Positions 1-6,288 of a DNA stretch of 32,000 nucleotides are shown here, in pieces. The stretch is taken from assembly GCF_000092105.1 (NCBI RefSeq), contig NC_014148.1:1560001-1592000 (forward strand). The letters run 5' to 3'. The stretch comes from Planctopirus limnophila DSM 3776. GTDB taxonomy: Bacteria > Planctomycetota > Planctomycetia > Planctomycetales > Planctomycetaceae. The notes under the pieces were generated by a model, which was not told where the DNA came from, searched no databases, and worked only from the letters and a program-made list of their open reading frames with translations. Positions within the stretch are counted from its first letter, which is position 1. Each line of letters starts with the position of its first letter. Both the position numbers and the translations under genes were made by a program.

Positions 1-1725
1 GATGGGTTGGCCAGCGTCGTGAAGATCACAGACGACCTTAAAAATGGTCATCCATTTCCCCAGGCCACTCTTCCCGAATTTGGAGAGATCCTGCACGAAC
101 TCCGTCACAAGGGCTGCTTTCTCTCCCAGAAGAGATTTTGCGTATTCAACACCTTTTGTGAATTTCCGACCGGGAAGCAGAATTTTCCCCTGATTATCAA
201 ATCGCAACCAATCAAAGCCAGCGGCGGCAAAGACCGCTTTATGGCGAAGTTCCTGTGACCAGGGGCCAGCCTTCTGGGCGACAAATTTTGAATTGATGGC
301 ATGCCTGCGGAGATGTTTCAGGCCGAACATGTGCTTCTGAATGACAAACTCGTTGTTTGGTCTATCTGGTGCCAGATGAAGAAGCTCTTGCAGTAACAAG
401 CACAGAATCGCCGCATCGTCTTTGTAAGGTGTACCTGTTTCGGCAGTCGGAGATGAAACAATTTGCGGCTTTGGCGGTTGGATAACTTTTTCTACTTCCG
501 GCTGTTGAAAGGTCGGTTCATCAAAATCGATTTCCAGAGACTCAACATCCAGTTCACCGCTGATGAGTTTGGGAAGTAAGAGGTCACGGGTTTTGCGAAG
601 GATTTTGTTTTTTCTAAGGATATTTTCAATGTGCTTTACTACGGGGGTTGTAAGAACGTCAAACTTCTGAATTAAAAATGGTTGCGGAAGAATAATTTCA
701 AGATCCGCTATCAATTTTGTTGTCAGACTTCCACGAGAGCTACCGTCAGAGATCTGCCGGAACTGGTCATACCTTTGCACTAAATCAAAAAATAAAAAAC
801 TATCAGTAGTTTGCTTACCATCAGCCGTTACAGCAATTGTTGACTGATTGATGTAGCAATCTAGGCAAAGCATCGACGTTTGGCCACGAGTCTTGCCTTG
901 GCCCGCACTTGCAATAACAGTGCAGCCAGATCGTGCAAAACGGGTACTTGAATTAGTCACGCCCTCCTGTGTGATTTTCTTTTCAGTCTCTGTAATAAAG
1001 GTGTTTCCGGTTTCGCCGGATGATAGCCACGGAATATCACCATCCCAGTATTCATTGACATTAGTTCTTGGTGTCCCTCCGCTAGTAATTCTTTCGCAAA
1101 TTGAATCCAATCGTTTAACCTGCCAACCCTCAGGGATTTTGCCGAGTGGGGAATCGACGAGCAGGGTGTTTTCGTGGCCTGGGAAGCGGAAGTGGACGAA
1201 CCATTCCCGGTAAATGGCCTGGGCCATCTCTTCCAGAATGGCAATTCGCCGGGTGTTGTTCTCAATCAGATCATCATACGCCGAAAGAATCCCCGCAATT
1301 TTGCGTTGGACTGGCTCGGATGGAAATGTCAACTGTAAACCGTTCAAAATTGTTAAAGTCAAGAACTTGGTTGCGGCACCTGTGGATATACTTTGCAAAT
1401 GTTCAAGCAAGGGCCACATAGAGTAGTAAAGGAAACGCGTGTTGAGTCGCGTGCAATCTTGTGGCGTAACAACATACGTGCGTTGATACGCGTCAAATCG
1501 TCCGTGAAAATACTTTAGTGGATATATGCCGTTGGCATTGTTTCCGGCGAGTAACACACATTCTGTATCGAAGGCAAAAGTGTTTGTGCGAAGCGTCTCT
1601 TGCGAGCATGTAAAAAAGGGATATGCACCGTTTGATACAGCAGCATTTGAATTCAGCTTGCCCGTCTTGAAAGTCACTAGATTGCTAAGGGCGTCTGTCG
1701 TCCAGCCATTTGGAGGCATATTCAT
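1..1725 (-). CDS. hsdS: Type I restriction-modification specificity subunit HsdS (two target-recognition domains) fused in frame to a C-terminal extension of unknown function; 3' end beyond the window edge
   Basis: Own translation of the minus strand. ATG at 1725-1723 overlaps the hsdM stop (ATGA). No TTA/CTA/TCA triplet occurs in plus-strand frame 1 from nt 1 to 1752, so 575 codons are open. The ORF is missing from the supplied track because it has no stop inside the window. Protein starts [23 protein letters not shown]. Central conserved helix is [36 protein letters not shown] and distal conserved helix is [19 protein letters not shown], which is the classic TRD1-CR1-TRD2-CR2 HsdS layout. 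At least 180 further residues follow. Confidence 0.85.
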   Translation of the reverse strand, partial: MNMPPNGWTTDALSNLVTFKTGKLNSNAAVSNGAYPFFTCSQETLRTNTFAFDTECVLLAGNNANGIYPLKYFHGRFDAYQRTYVVTPQDCTRLNTRFLYYSMWPLLEHLQSISTGAATKFLTLTILNGLQLTFPSEPVQRKIAGILSAYDDLIENNTRRIAILEEMAQAIYREWFVHFRFPGHENTLLVDSPLGKIPEGWQVKRLDSICERITSGGTPRTNVNEYWDGDIPWLSSGETGNTFITETEKKITQEGVTNSSTRFARSGCTVIASAGQGKTRGQTSMLCLDCYINQSTIAVTADGKQTTDSFLFFDLVQRYDQFRQISDGSSRGSLTTKLIADLEIILPQPFLIQKFDVLTTPVVKHIENILRKNKILRKTRDLLLPKLISGELDVESLEIDFDEPTFQQPEVEKVIQPPKPQIVSSPTAETGTPYKDDAAILCLLLQELLHLAPDRPNNEFVIQKHMFGLKHLRRHAINSKFVAQKAGPWSQELRHKAVFAAAGFDWLRFDNQGKILLPGRKFTKGVEYAKSLLGEKAALVTEFVQDLSKFGKSGLGKWMTIFKVVCDLHDAGQPI

Positions 1726-3323
1726 AATGCTGCCTCCAACAATTTGACGACGTTAACGGCAATTCGTTCTTCCAACTCACGGGCTTCACTGTTGAGAACT
1801 TCCAGTTCTTCACTCAGTTCTTCCAGCCGTTCGGCAAACACAAAATCGTCCGGGGCTTTGTCGGCAACTCCCACATACCGGCCTGGGTTCAAACTCCAGC
1901 CCTGGGCTTCAATTTCCTGGAGTGTGGCGATTTTGCAGAGTCCAGCCACATCCGCATACTTCAGCTTCGGGAAGGTGGCTTTCAGGTCTGGTTCGACTCC
2001 AGGAAACTCCAGGTCGTCTCCAGCGGTGAATTCGGGTTGTTCACCACGATAGAGCCGCACGATATTGGCAATGTATTCGAGTTGCTTCGGGCTGAATTTG
2101 CGGTGGGCACGATCCACCTGCCGGAAGATGTGCCGAGCATCAATGAAGAGCACCTGCTCTTTCCGCTGGGAACCTTTCCCGCTGAGATTGCTTTTCCCTT
2201 TATCGAGGAACCAGAGCGTGCAGGGCAACGTGACCGTGTAGAAGAAGTTCGGGCCAATGGCAATCATCACATCCACCACATGAGCCTTGAGCAGCTTCTG
2301 GCGGATTTCCATTTCGGATTGCCGGGCATCGGCGGCACTGTTGGCCATGACAAAGCCAGCCCGGCCTGTGGCATTCAATGACGAGTAGAACAACTCAATC
2401 CACAGGTAATTGGCATTGTCGGCTCGGGGCATTCCCAAAGGAAACCGGGGATCTTCCTTAAGCTTCTCCTTATCGACTTTGTCCACATTGAAGGGAGGAT
2501 TGGCCATCACGAAATCAAACTTGCCCACGGATTCATGAGGGTCTTCGTAATAGGTGTTCCCCTGGCGGATGTCTCCTGATAAGCCGTGAACTGCCAAGTT
2601 CATCTGGCATAGCTGACGGGTTTCATCCACGCGTTCTTGTCCGTAGATCGAAATCTCGACAGCAGGGTTGTTGTGGTGAGCTTTGATGAAGTCAGCCGAT
2701 TGCACAAACATTCCGCCTGAACCACAGGCAGGATCGTATATGCGGCCATGGTAAGGTTGAATGATTTCGACAATCAGTTTCACCAATGAGGTGGGAGTAA
2801 AGAACTCACCCCCTTTTTGACCTTCGGCTCGGGCAAAGTTCCCCAGGAAGTATTCGTAAATCTTCCCGAACGTATCTCCTTCGGCATCCACAGGGATGGA
2901 GGAAAGATTTTTGAGCAGAGAGACCAGCGTGGTGTTCTCAATTTTGCTGTAAGTTTTGGGAAGAATGCCTTTGAGTTCTTCGTTCTCTTTTTCAATGGCT
3001 TTCATAGCCGTAGTGATGGCCTTGCCGATGTCTTCACCTTCGGGAAGTTCCAGCAGAGCGGAGAAGCGGGATTCTGGCGGGAGGAACATCACCCCTTTGG
3101 CTTGAAAATCTTCTTTGCCAATAGCCCGACGGCTGCCGCTCTTTTTCGCAAAGAGAACATTCAGTTCTCGTTCGGCCTGGGTAAACCGGTGATCGGCATA
3201 CCGCAGGAAGATCAGCCCCAGCACGGGAACCGAATACTCGGACGATTTCAGTTTGCTGTTAGCCCGCAATTCATCTGCGGAAGCCCACAAGCGGCGTTCT
3301 ATTTCGGTGTGTCCGTTGGCCAT
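1722..3323 (-). CDS. hsdM: Type I restriction-modification DNA methyltransferase subunit HsdM (N6-adenine)
   Basis: ORF 1722..3437 in the track. It has an HsdM N-terminal-type segment ([17 protein letters not shown]...[14 protein letters not shown]), AdoMet motif I ([10 protein letters not shown]) and catalytic motif IV NPPF (VMANPPFN). Start placed at the internal Met ([13 protein letters not shown], nt 3323) by analogy with HsdM N-termini; the longest ORF starts at 3437. Confidence 0.9.
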   Translation of the reverse strand: MANGHTEIERRLWASADELRANSKLKSSEYSVPVLGLIFLRYADHRFTQAERELNVLFAKKSGSRRAIGKEDFQAKGVMFLPPESRFSALLELPEGEDIGKAITTAMKAIEKENEELKGILPKTYSKIENTTLVSLLKNLSSIPVDAEGDTFGKIYEYFLGNFARAEGQKGGEFFTPTSLVKLIVEIIQPYHGRIYDPACGSGGMFVQSADFIKAHHNNPAVEISIYGQERVDETRQLCQMNLAVHGLSGDIRQGNTYYEDPHESVGKFDFVMANPPFNVDKVDKEKLKEDPRFPLGMPRADNANYLWIELFYSSLNATGRAGFVMANSAADARQSEMEIRQKLLKAHVVDVMIAIGPNFFYTVTLPCTLWFLDKGKSNLSGKGSQRKEQVLFIDARHIFRQVDRAHRKFSPKQLEYIANIVRLYRGEQPEFTAGDDLEFPGVEPDLKATFPKLKYADVAGLCKIATLQEIEAQGWSLNPGRYVGVADKAPDDFVFAERLEELSEELEVLNSEARELEERIAVNVVKLLEAAL

Positions 3324-3493
3324 GGATAGAGGAGCAGTCTTAAGGGGGAAGCCGTCATTAGAAAAATGTTGTACCAGTGAAAAAGAGTAGATGATTGGTG
3401 AACCCTTCGAAAGGGTGTTTGCATGGGAGAGATTCATCAGCCTTTATTCCAGGTGACTGATTTTCGGTTTGTGTAGGTCAGGCAAGAGTGTGT

Positions 3494-3526
3494 TCCATTT
3501 TCCCCATACTCCAAGGGTGTATGGCA
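3494..3526 (+). repeat. Copy A of the island repeat motif (tCCATTTTCCCCA-N2-CTCCA-N-GGG..GT.TGG)
   Basis: tccattttccccatactccaagggtgtatggca. It aligns with copy B at 6024. Weaker shared tail (tgttcag.tttt) after a 17-nt insertion in A. Lies in the hsdM/orf438 divergent intergenic region. Confidence 0.7.
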
Positions 3527-3869
3527 CCCTCTCATGGGTGTGTTCTTGTGTTCAGTTTTAATGCGCTTTTGGGTAAGTTTGGCCGAGCCTCAGAAATCGC
3601 TCGTAGATCGCTTTGGTTGCCGGGATGATGGATTGTTCGTCCTGGGCCACGAGAGGCGATTTCCGGGCCAGCGAGAGGCCTTAATGACGATGAGAGCGTG
3701 TCCGGGATGAACGGTTTTTGATCAGTCATCGATGCTTGGTGTGTTCTTTTGTTCATGTTTGTGTGAAATTCACAACCCAAGTGCAGGTTTTAAGTTGCGT
3801 CAAATTCCAGTGCTGCTGTTATGCTCACAACGACCTGATTGTGAGTTTCTTCCAGACACATGAGGTTTC

Positions 3870-5186
3870 ATGTCCGAGCTGCCAGCCGTTTTGCGTGCCT
3901 ATCGTCGGGAGTTCGAGCTGTTCCGGGGGAAATATGGAACAGTGGGAGTTGTCATTCTCTGCAAGTTGGATTGGAAATCTGCCGGTATAGAGTTCCCAGC
4001 CACTGGCTGCTCACCACCAGATCACGTTTGGGATTTGACGGAAGACAAGATTTTGTGGGCCAGAGAGTTTCCAAGTCGTGCTCCCGAGCCAAACGACACA
4101 GAAGCTGATCCATTTCAACGCGTTATTCGTTTTGATGGCCGGTCTGACCAGTCTTTTCAGGGAGCGGGATTACGTTCGGCTCAACTGCAAATTTTGGCCA
4201 GCTCTGCTGATGAGCTGTCGGAGTGCCAACTCCCAGAGAACCCAGCCACCAGCTCATTACAGTCAAGATCGTATGCCACGCCAGATGGCCAGATCTTGCA
4301 GGTGACAAATTCCACTTCCTCCACAACATCCAGACATCAGCTCTCTGGTGGAGTTATGGAACTGAGGTTTTTCGGACAGTTGCACGGTTTTGATTTTGAA
4401 CTGGAGAAGCTTCAGAAAAACGTTTTGAAGGCTCTGGAGAACTGGTGGCCAGCTTCAGAGATTCTGAGAGAGTTCTGCCCAGCCTTGAAGTTTTCGTGCA
4501 CTCCCATTTTACAGGCTCATCTGTGGGCCGAATTGGTTTACTGGGTGAGCCAATCGAAATTTGTGCATTCACCCTATGTGATTGAGAAGTGGATTCCTGC
4601 ACAGACGTCTTACAACATCAAACGGAAACTCTGGTCTTCTCTCTCCCAGAAGAAAACAGGAATGTCTTCAATTCCTGCTGACAGAATCCCCATCTGTTGG
4701 TGCAGTGGCCTGAAGGATTTGGCAGCAGCTTCTGTGGTCTTCCTGGATGTGCTGGCGGAACGATTTGGCAAAAGCTCTTCAGCAGTGGCAATCATTCCGC
4801 CTGAGCCAGCCACAAACCTGGAGCCAATCATTACAGGCAGTGCTCCAGCAGGTGGAGAAGCAACGCCAGCCAGCAAACTCAACGCATGGCCTGAAGAAAT
4901 CAAAGAAAAATTGTTGAATACTGCAACGCCTCTTGAGCAGCGGATTATCAGGTTTTTCTGGGAGAGAAAGCACGCATCCGACATTCAAAGTCTAATTGAT
5001 GCTGCCTGGGGAGATAAGCCAGACACTTCGGTTGAAACTGTGAAAAAGGCAATTCAGCGGCTCAATCTGAAATTTGCAGACAACCTGACAATTTCGTTTC
5101 ATCCCAGCACAGACCGAGTTCAGTTCGAGCTATTGAAGCATTCAGGCAATTCCCAGCAGCCGGACAAATCAGCGGACAAATTTTAG
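3870..5186 (+). CDS. Hypothetical protein (438 aa), no recognisable N-terminal family; C-terminal winged-helix-like DNA-binding domain
   Basis: Long ORF with no competing frame. The C-terminal segment LEQRIIRFFWERKHASDIQSLIDAAWGDKPDTSVETVKKAIQRLNLKF resembles the OmpR/PhoB Trans_reg_C pattern (..LL..VWG......TV.V.I.RLR.KL). No Walker, nuclease or RT motifs were noticed. Confidence 0.7.
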   Translation: MSELPAVLRAYRREFELFRGKYGTVGVVILCKLDWKSAGIEFPATGCSPPDHVWDLTEDKILWAREFPSRAPEPNDTEADPFQRVIRFDGRSDQSFQGAGLRSAQLQILASSADELSECQLPENPATSSLQSRSYATPDGQILQVTNSTSSTTSRHQLSGGVMELRFFGQLHGFDFELEKLQKNVLKALENWWPASEILREFCPALKFSCTPILQAHLWAELVYWVSQSKFVHSPYVIEKWIPAQTSYNIKRKLWSSLSQKKTGMSSIPADRIPICWCSGLKDLAAASVVFLDVLAERFGKSSSAVAIIPPEPATNLEPIITGSAPAGGEATPASKLNAWPEEIKEKLLNTATPLEQRIIRFFWERKHASDIQSLIDAAWGDKPDTSVETVKKAIQRLNLKFADNLTISFHPSTDRVQFELLKHSGNSQQPDKSADKF

Positions 5187-5281
5187 GACATGGCTGTCCC
5201 CTGATTTGTCGGCCTCTCGTGGCATAGTTCCCCTACCGCATCAACGACGAGCGGAGAACATGACCTGTGAGAGAGGTGATT

Positions 5282-5503
5282 ATGTCCAAGTCCTTAATTC
5301 GTGCTCCTTCATTACGCCAGCTTCCACCACCTGCCGAAATTCGGCGTGACCTGGGAGCCATCACCAGGGAGGCCGCTTTCCTGCGTTCCATGCTCAAGCT
5401 ATCAGAACGCTTACACCGTCATTTGGAACTGATTCAAACACTTCAATCCATTCAGGGAGATTCCAAGCATGTCCAGTGTAACCGCAGCCAGCCCAGCCGA
5501 TGA
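5282..5503 (+). CDS. Small hypothetical protein (about 73 aa), predicted helical
   Basis: ATG at 5282 is preceded by gagaggtgatt (SD-like). The ORF sits between orf438 and the HTH gene and overlaps the latter by 35 nt. No family recognised. Confidence 0.4.
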   Translation: MSKSLIRAPSLRQLPPPAEIRRDLGAITREAAFLRSMLKLSERLHRHLELIQTLQSIQGDSKHVQCNRSQPSR

Positions 5504-5720
5504 TTTCCACAGCAACCCTAACGAGAAACTTTTGATATCTGCTAAGGAGGCAGCTCGGCGGCTATCTATCAGTGAGCGTAGTCTATGGTCTTTAACGAAC
5601 CAACGCCGAATTCCCACTATTCGAATCGGACGAAGTGTTCGTTATTCCGTGATTGGCTTGGAAGAGTGGATTCGGCAGTCCACCCAGAGTCAGTACCGGG
5701 GGGGAGGTTCCCGAACCTGA
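5469..5720 (+). CDS. Excisionase / AlpA-type helix-turn-helix DNA-binding protein
   Basis: LLISAKEAARRLSISERSLWSLTNQRRIPTIRIGRSVRYSVIGLEEWIRQ matches the excisionase-family HTH (HTH_17-like) pattern. Located next to an integrase. Confidence 0.75.
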   Translation: MSSVTAASPADDFHSNPNEKLLISAKEAARRLSISERSLWSLTNQRRIPTIRIGRSVRYSVIGLEEWIRQSTQSQYRGGGSRT

Positions 5721-5849
5721 CGTTGTCCAAGATACCGCCCCCGGTGCCTGAAATGTGCCGCACCGAAAAGTCACCAGGAAAAGGGCCGGAAAGTGAGCAA
5801 ATCTTGTGCTTTTTCAGCAAAAGCCAACGAAGGGCACCCTGGCTAGCCT

Positions 5850-6018
5850 CCTCACGTGCACGCGTGCGTAATTATTATATTATATATTTAATAATTACAA
5901 TTTCTGAAGTTTCTCTGGGAGTTGGTTATTATCTAATAACCAACTCCCAGAGAAGATAATAAGGCTCTTTAAGAGACTTTATTATGGTTGTGTAATTAAC
6001 GCACGCACGCACGTGAGG
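5850..6018. repeat. Composite structured non-coding region: imperfect 25/26-bp inverted repeats flanking an AT tract and two palindromes
   Basis: Left arm is cctcacgtgcacgcgtgcgtaatta (5850-5874). Right arm is taattaacgcacgcacgcacgtgagg (5993-6018), differing by 1 indel and 2 mismatches. Both arms are alternating purine/pyrimidine tracts. nt 5871-5900 contains a single C. Confidence 0.85.
5911..5954. repeat. Perfect 44-bp palindrome (21-bp arms, 2-nt centre)
   Basis: ttctctgggagttggttatta-tc-taataaccaactcccagagaa; arms verified base by base as exact reverse complements. Followed by an imperfect palindrome at 5956-5985 (ataataaggctctt/aagagactttattat). Confidence 0.95.
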
Positions 6019-6023
6019 GGCTG

Positions 6024-6060
6024 TCCATTTTCCCCACGCTCCAGGGGGGGTGTGTGGTGC
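6024..6060 (+). repeat. Copy B of the island repeat motif
   Basis: tccattttccccacgctccagggggggtgtgtggtgc, starting 4-6 nt after the right inverted-repeat arm. Confidence 0.7.
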
Positions 6061-6087
6061 GTTTGTTCAGGTTTTTGCCAGTGCAGG

Positions 6088-6123
6088 CCATTTTCCCCAC
6101 GGTTTAGGGGTATGTACATAGGG
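6088..6123 (+). repeat. Copy C (more diverged) of the island repeat motif
   Basis: gccattttccccacggtttaggggtatgtacatagg shares the CCATTTTCCCCAC core and the GGG block. It lies 64 nt downstream of copy B in the same orientation. Confidence 0.55.
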
Positions 6124-6226
6124 TTTCACCCCCTCTTTCACGAAATGGTTTTTCAATTTCTCCACACTGTTTGAGTGCCGAAATCGTATGATTTGCACCC
6201 CGGTGAGGTGATTAAGGTACTATCTC

Positions 6227-6268
6227 CCAGAAAATCAGACCGATTTTAGAGATCATCCAGAAAATCAG
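6227..6268 (+). promoter_or_regulatory. Two 12-bp direct repeats (CCAGAAAATCAG) 30 bp apart, just upstream of the integrase start
   Basis: ccagaaaatcag at 6227-6238 and 6257-6268. An aaaatc/gatttt dyad lies between them. The int ATG is at 6289. Confidence 0.4.
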
Positions 6269-6288
6269 CATCCAGGAAGGTTTTTTAT

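Noticed and set aside
7-1421. Several 65-106 aa ORFs from the track on both strands across nt 7-1421.
   Set aside because: All are out of frame with, or antisense to, the uninterrupted 575-codon HsdS reading frame, which has canonical HsdS conserved regions.
2817-3329. 170-aa plus-strand ORF inside hsdM. Similar long antisense ORFs occur at 11438..11950(-), 13791..14279(-), 24071..24661(-) and 26670..27275(-).
   Set aside because: Each lies fully antisense to a gene with clear family motifs and has low-complexity, family-less sequence. They are typical shadow ORFs.
5585-5959. 124-aa plus-strand ORF spanning the xis 3' end and the palindromic region.
   Set aside because: It overlaps the HTH gene in another frame, and its C-terminal part is simply the translated AT tract and palindrome. 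Not credible as coding.
5850-6018. Retron msr/msd-like layout (flanking inverted repeats around a long hairpin).
   Set aside because: No reverse-transcriptase ORF (no YxDD-type motif) lies adjacent or anywhere in the window. Kept only as a remote alternative under the palindrome finding.
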